A stretch of 64,000 nucleotides of DNA, taken from assembly GCA_964579635.1 (NCBI GenBank), contig CAZOFV010000001.1, positions 5,622-69,621 on the forward strand. Direction: 5' to 3'. How positions within the stretch are numbered: the first letter of the stretch is position 1; every line of letters starts with the position of its first letter. Under the pieces are notes generated by a model. It worked only from the letters and a program-made list of their open reading frames with translations, ran no database searches and was not told where the DNA came from. Positions 20,349 to 30,103 of this stretch are shown here, piece after piece. The translations under genes were made by a program, and so were the position numbers. Source of the DNA: an uncultured Candidatus Saccharibacteria bacterium (GTDB taxonomy: Bacteria > Patescibacteriota > Minisyncoccia > Phycocordibacterales > VMEP01).

Positions 20349-21698
20349 TTAAAACAAAGCCTTAATTTGTTCTAATTCTTGAAGTAAAGAATTATCTGTT
20401 TTAATCTCTTTTTTAATTTTTTCACAAGAATGAATAACAGTTGTATGGTCTCGGCCACCCATTTTTTGTCCGATAGACGGATAAGAAATATCAAATTCTT
20501 CTCTTAATATATACATAGCAACCTGTCTTGGTTTAACAACATCTTTTCTTCTTGTTTTTTCATAAACACTACCTTCTTCAATGTTATAAAAATCAGCTAT
20601 TATTTTAACAACATCTTTTACCGCCATATTTTTCTTTGGTTTTATGTTGTTTTTTAATAGATTTTTTATTTCATATAAAGAAAGATCTTTGTTTTTTAGT
20701 TTTGTATGACAAATAACCAAGTTTAAAGCACCCTCAAGTTCCCTTATGTTTCCTTGAATAAGAGAAGCAATATATTGCATAACTTCGTCAGGTGGGTAGA
20801 AATTATTTTCCTTTGCTTTAGCTGACAAAATAGAAAGTCTCGATTCATATTCTGGTTGACCAACATCAACAGTCATTCCTGCTCCAAAACGTGATTTTAA
20901 GCGTTCTTCTAGGTTTGGAATAAAGTTTGGGTGCACGTCGGAAGAAAAAATAATTTGTTTATTGTTGTCGTAGAAAGCATTAAAAAGATGAAATAATTCT
21001 TCTTGGGTTTTATCTTTGTTTGATAGGAACTGAACATCATCAACAATAAGAACGTCGTATTTTCGATACTTCTCTTTAAATGCTGGAATTTTATTTGCTT
21101 GCATTGATGTAACAAAATCAACTGAAAATTTTTCAGATGTTGTATAGAAAACTTTACGGTTATTATGTTTTGTTTTTAGTGTGTTCCCTACCGATTGGAT
21201 AAGGTGTGTTTTTCCTAAACCAGTACGACCATAAATAAAAAGAGGGTTATAAGCTGTTCCAGGTTTTTCTAAAACTGCTTGGGCTGCGCTGTAGGCGAGT
21301 TCATTAAACGAACCAATAACAAATGAATCAAAAGTATAGCGTGGGTTTAGATTGTCTTCTTTGTTTATATACAAATCTGCAAGTGGAAGTTCACGGAGAA
21401 GTGGTGATTTTGAAAAATCAGCACTAATTGTTTTTGGTTTTTCGCCAATATTTTTTACAACAATATACTCAACTCCTCTAACGTACTCAGAAAGATCACG
21501 CATTTTTTGCAAAATAAATTTGTGATATTTATTAAAAATCCAATCCTTAACAAATTCATTTGGAACTCCAACGAAAATAATACCCCCCTCTTCTTTTACA
21601 ATGTCTGTGTTTTTAAACCAAGTACTAAAATTTGCTTTTGAAACATGAAGCTCTACTTCAAGAAGTGTGTTTGTCCAAAGGTTTTTTAGGTCGAGCAT
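20349..21698 (-). CDS. dnaA: Chromosomal replication initiator DnaA
   Basis: LNPRYTFDSFVIG, YNPLFIYGRTGLGKTHL, DDVQFL, RDHTTVIH. Start reassigned to MLDLKNLW (21698). Confidence 0.97.
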   Translation of the reverse strand: MLDLKNLWTNTLLEVELHVSKANFSTWFKNTDIVKEEGGIIFVGVPNEFVKDWIFNKYHKFILQKMRDLSEYVRGVEYIVVKNIGEKPKTISADFSKSPLLRELPLADLYINKEDNLNPRYTFDSFVIGSFNELAYSAAQAVLEKPGTAYNPLFIYGRTGLGKTHLIQSVGNTLKTKHNNRKVFYTTSEKFSVDFVTSMQANKIPAFKEKYRKYDVLIVDDVQFLSNKDKTQEELFHLFNAFYDNNKQIIFSSDVHPNFIPNLEERLKSRFGAGMTVDVGQPEYESRLSILSAKAKENNFYPPDEVMQYIASLIQGNIRELEGALNLVICHTKLKNKDLSLYEIKNLLKNNIKPKKNMAVKDVVKIIADFYNIEEGSVYEKTRRKDVVKPRQVAMYILREEFDISYPSIGQKMGGRDHTTVIHSCEKIKKEIKTDNSLLQELEQIKALF

Positions 21699-21853
21699 AA
21701 AAGAGATGTTTGTTTGAGGTATTATAATGTGTAAAACCAAAAATGGAACGTGACAAAAAAACACTTTTATGTTAATAAGGTGTTAACAAGTTGGTGATTC
21801 TAAAAACTAGAACACATTTGTTTTGTCTTTAGTGGTAATCTATAATCAATCTT

Positions 21854-21991
21854 ATGTCACAAACATATCAGCCCAAAAAAAGAAAAAGAGCTAAATCTCA
21901 CGGTTTTTTAGCTAGAACAGCAACAAAAGGTGGAAAGAAGGTAATAAAAAGAAGAGCTCAAAAAGGAAGAAAAAAGCTTACTACTGTTTAA
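21854..21991 (+). CDS. rpmH: 50S ribosomal protein L34 (not in ORF track)
   Basis: [45 protein letters not shown]; canonical position divergent from dnaA. Confidence 0.96.
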   Translation: MSQTYQPKKRKRAKSHGFLARTATKGGKKVIKRRAQKGRKKLTTV

Positions 21992-22004
21992 CTAAAAACA
22001 AAAA

Positions 22005-22352
22005 ATGCTCGCCAAAAAAAGGAGGGTAAAAACAAAAGATTTTAACCTAGCTTTTTCTAGTATTAAATCAAAAAACTACATATCCCCATTTTTTTCTATA
22101 AAAGTTGTTTTTAGTGGGGATGCTACTAAAAAAACAATATTTTCCTGTGTGGTTTCAAAGAAGGTTGCTAACACCGCTGTTTTAAGAAATAAAACAAGGC
22201 GTAGAATCTACGAAATAATAAAAAAAGTATTACCTACTGTTAAAAATGGCTACACTTGCTTAGTTTTTGTAAAAAAAGAAGCAATAACCACTGATTTTTC
22301 AACACTTAAGGATGATTTTAACCAATTACTTAAAAAAGCGGGTGTTGTATGA
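22005..22352 (+). CDS. rnpA: Ribonuclease P protein component
   Basis: VVSKKVANTAVLRNKTRRRI RNR motif; follows rpmH. Confidence 0.92.
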   Translation: MLAKKRRVKTKDFNLAFSSIKSKNYISPFFSIKVVFSGDATKKTIFSCVVSKKVANTAVLRNKTRRRIYEIIKKVLPTVKNGYTCLVFVKKEAITTDFSTLKDDFNQLLKKAGVV

Positions 22353-22597
22353 AAAAGGTGTTAATTTATATAATTCGTTTATATCAAAAGTATTTATCTC
22401 CAGATCAAGGAGTTTTTTCCTTTTTTATAAGACAACCAAGCTGTATTTTTTACCCAACTTGTTCAAATTATTTTGTTATAGCGCTTGAAAAACATGGGTT
22501 TTTAAGAGGTTCCTGGCTTTTTTTAAGAAGAATAATACGTTGTCATCCTGGAGCGGAGATTAAAATAGATCATGTTCCGGAAGATGTTGCTAAATAA
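22349..22597 (+). CDS. yidD: Membrane protein insertion efficiency factor YidD
   Basis: IRLYQKYLSP, CIFYPTCSNY, RIIRCHP. Confidence 0.93.
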   Translation: MKKVLIYIIRLYQKYLSPDQGVFSFFIRQPSCIFYPTCSNYFVIALEKHGFLRGSWLFLRRIIRCHPGAEIKIDHVPEDVAK

Positions 22598-22622
22598 CAC
22601 AGATTGGTCGTAGAATAGGGTT

Positions 22623-23363
22623 ATGTCTTACCTTTGGGAAGTTTTAATTCATCAGCCGTTGTACAACGGTCTTGTTTTTTTAATTGATGTTATTCCTGGT
22701 GGAAATGTTGCTTTCGCAATTATCATTCTTACTTTGGTTGTTAAGTTAATTCTCTTTCCTCTAACAAAAAAATCAATTAGAACACAGGTTTTGATGAGAA
22801 AACTTGAACCAGAACTTGTTTTAATAAAAGAAAAAATAAAAAACAAAGAAGAACAAGCACGAAAAACAATGGAGCTTTATAAAAAGCACAATGTTAATCC
22901 TTTTTCTAGTTGTTTGATTGCCATTATTCAGGTTTTTATAGCTATCGGACTTTACCGAGTTTTGTCTGCTGGGATTGTTTTGGATCAAGACTCTTTGTAT
23001 TCGTTTGTTGTTTTTCCTGAAATTATAAATTCCATATTCTTAGGATTAATTGATACACATGCACCTAGCTACATACTTGCCGGCTTAGCTGCTATCTCCC
23101 AATATTTTTTGGTGGCACTTTTGCCAGCACCACAACAAGGAGATGGTAAAAAACCCCCAACTTTTCAAGAAGACCTAGCAAAAAACATGTACATGCAAAT
23201 GAAATATGTTTTACCTTTTGTTATTTTTGTTATCGCGGTCACTTTCCCAGCGGCAATCTCTCTTTATTGGTTTGTTAGCAACCTCTTTTCTATCGGACAA
23301 GAAATTGTTATAAGAAAAGGAATGGAAAAATATGATATAAAAAATCCACAGGCTATTGCTTAA
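22623..23363 (+). CDS. yidC: Membrane protein insertase YidC/Oxa1
   Basis: AIIILTLVVKLILFPL, LYKKHNVNPFSSCL, LYWFVSNLFSIGQ. Confidence 0.93.
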   Translation: MSYLWEVLIHQPLYNGLVFLIDVIPGGNVAFAIIILTLVVKLILFPLTKKSIRTQVLMRKLEPELVLIKEKIKNKEEQARKTMELYKKHNVNPFSSCLIAIIQVFIAIGLYRVLSAGIVLDQDSLYSFVVFPEIINSIFLGLIDTHAPSYILAGLAAISQYFLVALLPAPQQGDGKKPPTFQEDLAKNMYMQMKYVLPFVIFVIAVTFPAAISLYWFVSNLFSIGQEIVIRKGMEKYDIKNPQAIA

Positions 23364-23372
23364 GTAATAAAA

Positions 23373-23861
23373 ATGAAAACAGAAGATATTAAAAAAATAA
23401 TAGAAGAGATCCTCGGTAAACTAACAACTTCTTTTGAAGAAGTGGAGATTAAGAAATTAGAGGATGGGTCTTATGTTTTTTTAATAAAAACAAATGAAAC
23501 TGATTTTCTTGTTGGGAAAGACGGCACTTCCCTGCTCTCCTTAAACCACATTGTTAAAAGAATTTTTGATCAAAAATTAATCAAAGATAAAATCGAAGCC
23601 CCATTTTCTTTTGTTGTTGATGTTAATGGTTATCAGCAAAAAAAGATTGATGAGATAAAAAATAAAGCAAAAATGATGGTTGAGAGAGCTCGATTTTTTA
23701 AGTCTAGCGTTGAGCTTGAGCCAATGTCTTCATATGAAAGAATGATTGTTCATAATTTTTTAAAAACAGTGCCAGACATTAAGACGGAATCCATTGGAAC
23801 CGGTTCAGAAAGAAGGGTTGTCGTTAAGTATAAAGAGGCACCAGATATCGCCTCTCTTTAA
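23373..23861 (+). CDS. jag: Jag/KhpB-like KH-R3H RNA-binding protein (short)
   Basis: LVGKDG KH motif, PMSSYERMIVH R3H motif; follows yidC. Confidence 0.85.
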   Translation: MKTEDIKKIIEEILGKLTTSFEEVEIKKLEDGSYVFLIKTNETDFLVGKDGTSLLSLNHIVKRIFDQKLIKDKIEAPFSFVVDVNGYQQKKIDEIKNKAKMMVERARFFKSSVELEPMSSYERMIVHNFLKTVPDIKTESIGTGSERRVVVKYKEAPDIASL

Positions 23862-23879
23862 GGCCTTTTTAGCTCTAAT

Positions 23880-25121
23880 CTAGAGAGACAAAAGCCAGAG
23901 CGAGTTGTCGGTTTTATTTAAGAAAACTAATTTGTTACCCGTTTTGTTTATTTGTAGAGAAATTGCATCTATTTGTTCCCTTGAAGTTTCCCTTAAGTTT
24001 ATGATTTGGTCGGTAGCTCCAGATTCAGTGTCTATTTTCCAGATAATATCAGAGAAACTAATTAATCCTTGATACCAAGAGTCTGGATAACCATCGGCGG
24101 TTCTTGGTGTTGATTCTGGTATGGCGCAATAAGCATCGATATTATTTTGATACCAAACACATTTTTCAGAAAGTGTTGCTAGTCCAAATGAGTATGAATT
24201 CTTTGTTTTTCGTAAAAAGAGAGATAAAGATAAACCGTTTTCCGCATTTTCCGAGAAAATTACTTTATTGCCATCTGGTGAAACTAACGTAGTTAGCCCA
24301 TATTTTTTACCAATAAGTTTTACTAAGGAAGGATTCTTTGTGGTAATAAAATAATCAAAACCAAAAATAGAAGCAGATGGTTTTGTGTTTAATGAAATTA
24401 AATCATCCTGTGCCCATTGAGGAAGCCATTCCGTGAAAGAAGATTGAAACACTTGAGATTTTTTTGAGCCGTCAAACAAAGAGATTGTTCCAATAGACGA
24501 GTTGTCGTATTTAGATAGTGTAAATATTTTTAATTTGTCCGGCGAAACAGCTATTTGTTCAATATTTTCATCAAGAAAATTTCCAATAATAGCCCCCTCA
24601 TCTGTACTCGTTGCTTTCAATGTAATTTTTCCAGAATATGTTTTGATTGTTTCTGTGTCTTCGTCTAAATACCTAAATAAAACTTGCTCTCCTTTGTCGG
24701 AAAAAATAGCCTCATGTATTTTGGGAATAGTCGTATTGCTTACTCTTTTTTTCTCTAAGCTATCAGTATTTACATCATGAATATGGCCAGTTCCTTTTTC
24801 CGCATAGCGAACAATCGTTGAACTGCCTTTTTCAAAGACGATAAATCCAGCTGTTGGGGTATCGGTTAGCTTTAAGAGTTTAGCTTTTTTTTGTTGCTCA
24901 CTGTTTTGACTAGATGTTGTTTTGGTTGAACCACTATCTCCTTCCTCATTTGAGCCATTACCGCTCGTTGATTTTGGGTCAAAAATACCAAAAGGTGAAA
25001 AGTTGTCGATGTTTTCTATATTTGATAACCCTGTTTTTTGGGTTAAGAAAAACCAACCCGCTAAAGCAAAGGCTACTAGGACTAAAGAGAGAATTATTGC
25101 GAGTGTTGTTTTTGTAGACAT
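23880..25121 (-). CDS. Membrane-anchored beta-propeller-like protein
   Basis: N-terminal TM, Ser/Thr linker, repeated SPDG/SDKG-type blades; last gene of the T4SS-like run. Confidence 0.65.
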   Translation of the reverse strand: MSTKTTLAIILSLVLVAFALAGWFFLTQKTGLSNIENIDNFSPFGIFDPKSTSGNGSNEEGDSGSTKTTSSQNSEQQKKAKLLKLTDTPTAGFIVFEKGSSTIVRYAEKGTGHIHDVNTDSLEKKRVSNTTIPKIHEAIFSDKGEQVLFRYLDEDTETIKTYSGKITLKATSTDEGAIIGNFLDENIEQIAVSPDKLKIFTLSKYDNSSIGTISLFDGSKKSQVFQSSFTEWLPQWAQDDLISLNTKPSASIFGFDYFITTKNPSLVKLIGKKYGLTTLVSPDGNKVIFSENAENGLSLSLFLRKTKNSYSFGLATLSEKCVWYQNNIDAYCAIPESTPRTADGYPDSWYQGLISFSDIIWKIDTESGATDQIINLRETSREQIDAISLQINKTGNKLVFLNKTDNSLWLLSL

Positions 25122-25126
25122 TTTAT

Positions 25127-25996
25127 TTAATATTCTACATGAAAATGAGCAGCACTTATTTCAGGTACAGCTCGTACACAAGTTACACCACCGTTTGCAA
25201 GGGAGTCTTTTTCTGCGGCTGTTTTTACTTCATAAAAAGGTTTTAACCCGACTTTTCTTGCTGCCACACAGAGTGCGTTTATGTTTTCTGTGGATTTGTT
25301 CACCCCAGCAATTAAATTCATATCCACACAACCACCATCGTTATGACATGAACTTTTGTGTGGATATGTTGGTGGATATGCCTCGGTAATTTGCCAAGCA
25401 ATACTACTTACGGAAGGTGAGTTTTTTAACATGATGAGGTTTTCAATAATTTTTTTGTTTGCTCTACATGTTTTTGAGCCACATGCACCGGCTTTTGTTT
25501 TTAGTTCCGGCGGAATAAAAGTACAATCAATACAGGCTTTTTCTGGAATTACTCCAGTAGAACTACGGCTCGGACTAGTACTTGTTGTGGCACTAGTCGT
25601 AGTAATAGATACTACTTTTGTTTGGGGAATCTCTAACTTAAGGCTGACAATATCTGGGTTGATTGTGTATAGAAAAACATAAACCCCAAGAGCTAAAATT
25701 AGCCCTAATATAGCTCCTTCGATTTTTGATTTAGCATCACCTAGTTTAAACGGTGATTCACTAGCCATATATTGAATTCCACCAATAACAATTTGAATAA
25801 CAGCGAGTCCTGCGGCTACTCCGATACCAATTTTAAAAACAAGATTGAGATATTCAGAAAAAGATTTACTTCCAGTTGTGTTGTAGGTGTTGTTGTAGAC
25901 ACTAGGTTCAAGCAGTGTGTATTCTTTTTGGGCAGAAACAAAAACAGGCAATACTGTAAACAGAAAAACTAGTGTAGTTAAAAAAATTTTTTTCAT
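25127..25996 (-). CDS. VirB2/TrbC-like pilin fused to putative M15-like Zn-peptidase domain
   Basis: Signal peptide; pilin hairpin GLAVIQIVIGGIQYM...AKSKIEGAILGL...LYTINPD; C-terminal SCHNDGGCVD (H-x6-D) and HFHV. Confidence 0.7.
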   Translation of the reverse strand: MKKIFLTTLVFLFTVLPVFVSAQKEYTLLEPSVYNNTYNTTGSKSFSEYLNLVFKIGIGVAAGLAVIQIVIGGIQYMASESPFKLGDAKSKIEGAILGLILALGVYVFLYTINPDIVSLKLEIPQTKVVSITTTSATTSTSPSRSSTGVIPEKACIDCTFIPPELKTKAGACGSKTCRANKKIIENLIMLKNSPSVSSIAWQITEAYPPTYPHKSSCHNDGGCVDMNLIAGVNKSTENINALCVAARKVGLKPFYEVKTAAEKDSLANGGVTCVRAVPEISAAHFHVEY

Positions 25997-25997
25997 A

Positions 25998-26999
25998 TCA
26001 CCTTCCTTTAAAGTTTAACACAATGTTGTTAATCGCAGAGAGTAACACCTTTGATGAATTCGTAACCTCAAGAGATATGTCTGCTTCCCCAGATATTCCA
26101 GGTTGTTGTCTGACAACTAAAACACTAGGGTGGTTATAGTTTGTATCTATAAGGTTATTATTTAATGACCATTTATATTTTAATTGAGAGCTATTTTTGT
26201 TTATTGGAGAAATAAAATATGGCTCTGCCACCAAGGAAAGCTCTTCGTTTGGAAGGTTTGCTGTATTAAAAAGCGATTTGTTATACATAACTCCCAATAG
26301 GGGGTTTTTTTCATAGAATAAAATTTTTGGGTCGACAATAATAATTCGTATCTCCCCTTTTCCTGTTTTAATCCCAGATTTATTTCTGGTTTCTACGCCA
26401 ATTGTTTCCTCTCTTTTGAGATAATTGTTCTTAAAAGAAAGAGTTGAAACACCATTTCCCGAAAGAGATCCTAATATTTCGTAATTACGACTCCATTTAT
26501 AAGATAGATCGCTTGGTTTATACGGACTTCCATTGCTTCTAAAAACATTTGGGATAACGGTTATTTTTATTAGCGACTCCGGTGTTGGAAGACCCTTTCC
26601 TTTGTAAAAACGAGGGGTGTAAACATCAATTGCCTCCCAAAGAACATCAACTTCTGAAGGATTTACTGTTGCCGTTGCTCTTAAAAAAGTATTTCCAAGA
26701 GAGGCTGTGGCATTTATTGTTGTAATATCGCCAACGTCCCCTGTTTTAAAGGAAATAGATTTTTGTCCGATACTTGATGAAACTTTTGTCCCGTTTACAG
26801 ACCAAGAGATGCTTGCGATATCTAAGTTAATGGAAGGACTAGAGATTGACGCCGTGGCTTCTTTATAAGCTCCAGGTATTTCTGGTGAGACCTGAATAAA
26901 AAGAACGTCATTTGACTGAGCTTTGGCAACAATAAAAAACAAAAAAATAGAGATAAATATTGTTGTTTTTATGAAGTTGAGAGAATGGAATTTTTTCAC
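25998..26999 (-). CDS. Secreted Ig-like repeat protein
   Basis: Signal peptide; repeated (Y/I).W..NG/NN beta-rich modules. Confidence 0.6.
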   Translation of the reverse strand: MKKFHSLNFIKTTIFISIFLFFIVAKAQSNDVLFIQVSPEIPGAYKEATASISSPSINLDIASISWSVNGTKVSSSIGQKSISFKTGDVGDITTINATASLGNTFLRATATVNPSEVDVLWEAIDVYTPRFYKGKGLPTPESLIKITVIPNVFRSNGSPYKPSDLSYKWSRNYEILGSLSGNGVSTLSFKNNYLKREETIGVETRNKSGIKTGKGEIRIIIVDPKILFYEKNPLLGVMYNKSLFNTANLPNEELSLVAEPYFISPINKNSSQLKYKWSLNNNLIDTNYNHPSVLVVRQQPGISGEADISLEVTNSSKVLLSAINNIVLNFKGR

Positions 27000-27059
27000 A
27001 AAAAACGCATTAAAGCTTGTTTGTTATTATAGCTAAAAAATACAAGCTAACCAAACAAA

Positions 27060-28889
27060 TTAAGCAGATGTTTGCTCTTCTGCTGTTCCAAGCTCTGCTT
27101 TTGCTTTCTTGATAGCAAGAACTTGCGATGGGTCGGAGGTAATTATTTGGTCTTCTGTATAGGAAGCGACAATCTTCAAAGCTACGTGTTTTAAACCAGC
27201 GAAAAAGATACCTTCCCCAACCCCTGACTCAAGGAGAAGATATTTTTCCTCATCTGTTAAGTTGAATGTTTTTTGAACCACATCAATAGATGACGGGGAT
27301 TGTTTTAAGAGGAGCTGGATAGAAGAGTTGGTGATAATAGGAAGACCATATGGAGATTTAAGGAAGTCGCCCACGTCTTGGGTGATAGTTGCGAGTCCTA
27401 GGTAATATTTACGTCCACGTTTTGCGATGCTAAACAAGAAAGATGCGGTGTCTTCTGATTTCATCATCCACCAAGCTTCATCAACAACAAGAAGACGTTT
27501 TTTGAGATTTTTACGAACAGCGTTCCAGATATAGTGGGTAACTATATACATCGCAACTGGTTTTAACTCATCTTCCATGTCACGAACAGAGAAAACAACA
27601 AATTTTTTATTGATATCTACGTTTGTTGGCTTATTTATAAAACCAGACCAAGTCCCTTTGGTATATTTAGATAATTTTTGAAGAAGTTCGCCACTACCAT
27701 CCATTCCAGCAAGCACCATTTCAAAGTCTGAAAGTAATGGTGGTTCTATGGCAGAAAAATCTGAATCAGCAGTAATATCTTTTAGAGCATATGTTTCGGT
27801 AATAGCTCTGTCGATAAGAGAATCTTCTCCTGGTGAAAGACCACCGAGCATGATACGAAACAATCCGACCAAATTTACGATATTTGAACGTAAAACATCT
27901 GCTGCTGATTCATCTTCTCTTGGAATAGGAAGATCAAATGGATTTATGTGGTTGTCTGATGTTAGTGAGATATTGAAATAACGCCCACCCGTTGCTTCAG
28001 CCAAGTATTCATACTCTCTTTCAGGGTCTATCACGATGACTTCTGTATCAAACATGAGTGTGCGTATAATCTCTAATTTTGTCGTGTAGGATTTTCCAGA
28101 ACCTGATTTAGCAAAAATAATTGAGTTGTAGTTTTCAAGTGAATAGCGGTCAAAAAGAACGAGACTAGAGTTGTGGCGATTTATTCCGTACAGAATTCCA
28201 CGGTCAGAAGTAAGGTCAAATGAAACGAACGGGAAAAGAGAAGAAAGAGGAGAAGAGTTTAGTTTGGAATGAACGCCTAATTCATCTGAGGCAATAGGAA
28301 TAACGCTTTTAAACCCTTGTTCTTGTTGGAAAAGAGCCGGTTTAACATAAACAAGCTTTGATTCAAGAATAGATTTTATTTCAGTTTCAGTTTTATCAAG
28401 TTCTGCTTCGGTAGCGCCATAGATAGTGAGATAAAGACCAACATCAAATATTTTTTCTTGAGCTTGCTGTAAAGAATCTCGAAGATTCTCCAAATCTTGA
28501 TACGCTGTATCAAGCATTGGGTCGCGAACCATACCCTTCTCTTCTCTCATGTGTATTTGGCTTTGGACTTCAGCTACTTTTTTTTGGAACGTATGAAGAA
28601 TTTTAGCTGTTTCGATTGGATGAATGAAGATTGAAACATCAAAAACTTTATCCAAATTTATTATTGGAGAAAACCAGTTATCAGCGAGTACTCTAGGGTA
28701 TGAAATAACAAAAAAAGTACGAGCTATTTTATCTCCAAGGTTTAATGCTCGAGGTTCTATTTTTAAAGCAGACGGAGCAATAATATCGCGTAACTCAAGT
28801 GTTGCCGCTTGATATATTTCCTGAGGAAGAATTGGCGTAATTTCTTCTTCTTTTTTATCTTCTCCAGTTATGAAATCAAATATTCCCAT
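27060..28889 (-). CDS. virB4: VirB4-like T4SS ATPase
   Basis: AKSGSGKS Walker A, IDPEREY, VVDEAW, RGRKYYLGLATITQ, LLLKQ. Confidence 0.9.
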   Translation of the reverse strand: MGIFDFITGEDKKEEEITPILPQEIYQAATLELRDIIAPSALKIEPRALNLGDKIARTFFVISYPRVLADNWFSPIINLDKVFDVSIFIHPIETAKILHTFQKKVAEVQSQIHMREEKGMVRDPMLDTAYQDLENLRDSLQQAQEKIFDVGLYLTIYGATEAELDKTETEIKSILESKLVYVKPALFQQEQGFKSVIPIASDELGVHSKLNSSPLSSLFPFVSFDLTSDRGILYGINRHNSSLVLFDRYSLENYNSIIFAKSGSGKSYTTKLEIIRTLMFDTEVIVIDPEREYEYLAEATGGRYFNISLTSDNHINPFDLPIPREDESAADVLRSNIVNLVGLFRIMLGGLSPGEDSLIDRAITETYALKDITADSDFSAIEPPLLSDFEMVLAGMDGSGELLQKLSKYTKGTWSGFINKPTNVDINKKFVVFSVRDMEDELKPVAMYIVTHYIWNAVRKNLKKRLLVVDEAWWMMKSEDTASFLFSIAKRGRKYYLGLATITQDVGDFLKSPYGLPIITNSSIQLLLKQSPSSIDVVQKTFNLTDEEKYLLLESGVGEGIFFAGLKHVALKIVASYTEDQIITSDPSQVLAIKKAKAELGTAEEQTSA

Positions 28890-28893
28890 GTTT

Positions 28894-29556
28894 TTATTGG
28901 TTAAGTTTTATGGCTTTTTCCGTTTCTCCTGGATTAAATATTTTATAAAAAACCTCAATAACCTCTTCTGTTCCAAGTTGAACAGCTCTGACTCCAAAAC
29001 GCGATAAACCCTGAGCAACAACAGAGACGCGCTGGTCAAGCTGAGAACGACTTTCTTCAAAAAGCTCCGTTTCTGCAATTCTTGATTCTGCGGTCGGTTC
29101 TTTTTTACTCGATATTCCGGGAATGTTTGGCACAGAAAAACCACCACTACCCTTTCCCCCGAGAGATGGGGCTGTATATGGGACAACAATAAAGAAATTT
29201 TTAGTCATAATATTCCTTGTTTCAGCTAGGTTTTTTATGAAATCAATATATTCTCTTGTTTGTATTTTAAGAAGATCTTCTAATTGTTCTCTCATTCTGT
29301 CTTCAAGCATTGTGATATATGGCTTGATGTCTAGTTTTCGCGACTGAATAAATATTTGAATTGAAAAATCTAATGAGTTTAAAAATCCTTGGAATTGAAG
29401 AATTGTAGCTGTTTGTTCCTCTTCTGATTTTAAGGAAAGGTTTAAAGAAGACGTCATAACAAGCGCTCTTAAAGAGCCATCTTTTAAAATAACGACTCCA
29501 TCGCGTACTTCTTTGATGGGAACAAAATCTTGAGCTGCTTTTGATTGAATTGCCAT
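28894..29556 (-). CDS. T4SS accessory protein (VirB4 N-terminal/TraC-like)
   Basis: NLSLKSEEEQ...FLNSLDFSIQIFIQSRKLD; lies between PrgI and VirB4. Confidence 0.7.
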   Translation of the reverse strand: MAIQSKAAQDFVPIKEVRDGVVILKDGSLRALVMTSSLNLSLKSEEEQTATILQFQGFLNSLDFSIQIFIQSRKLDIKPYITMLEDRMREQLEDLLKIQTREYIDFIKNLAETRNIMTKNFFIVVPYTAPSLGGKGSGGFSVPNIPGISSKKEPTAESRIAETELFEESRSQLDQRVSVVAQGLSRFGVRAVQLGTEEVIEVFYKIFNPGETEKAIKLNQ

Positions 29557-29634
29557 TGTTTACTTTGAATCAGTATAGCAAATAGAGGATAAAATGTGTG
29601 TTTATAGTGTTTATTTTTTAATAAAAGACATCGT

Positions 29635-30057
29635 TTAGCTCTCTTTGTTTGAGTTTAAAACATCAAGTCCCCAAGAAAGATCTTTTAGTTTACTGTCAGA
29701 TAGTTTTGGTACTAAAGAATTCTCTTCTGTTTTTCCAACAACTCTTTTTGTAACCTCCATTGGTCGGTTTACTTTTTTCCAAATATATAATTTTTCTCCG
29801 AAATAATAACGAAACGCGGCTTCGACGCTGTAAATAAATGGTTTATCGTTTATTTTGTAAAAAGCAAAAGCAAAAGCTAAGGCTAGAATTGGTATTACAA
29901 AAAACAAAGTTATCATTAAAGGCAAGAAAGAGTCTAGTATTTTATACACGACAAAGGCCATACCAGAACCACCGGCTAGATAGATAAATTGTTTAAAGGT
30001 GAAAGGGCCAAAAATTTTGTCTTCTACCTCTATAAATTGAGGAACGTGAAATTGCAT
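29635..30057 (-). CDS. PrgI-family membrane protein
   Basis: MQFHVPQFIEVEDKIFGPFTFKQFIYL signature with two TMs; TATAAT 6 nt upstream of ATG 30057. Confidence 0.85.
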   Translation of the reverse strand: MQFHVPQFIEVEDKIFGPFTFKQFIYLAGGSGMAFVVYKILDSFLPLMITLFFVIPILALAFAFAFYKINDKPFIYSVEAAFRYYFGEKLYIWKKVNRPMEVTKRVVGKTEENSLVPKLSDSKLKDLSWGLDVLNSNKES

Positions 30058-30103
30058 AATTCCATTATAACGCATTAGAGGAACCGCGCGAGAGGAGAAA
30101 GAA

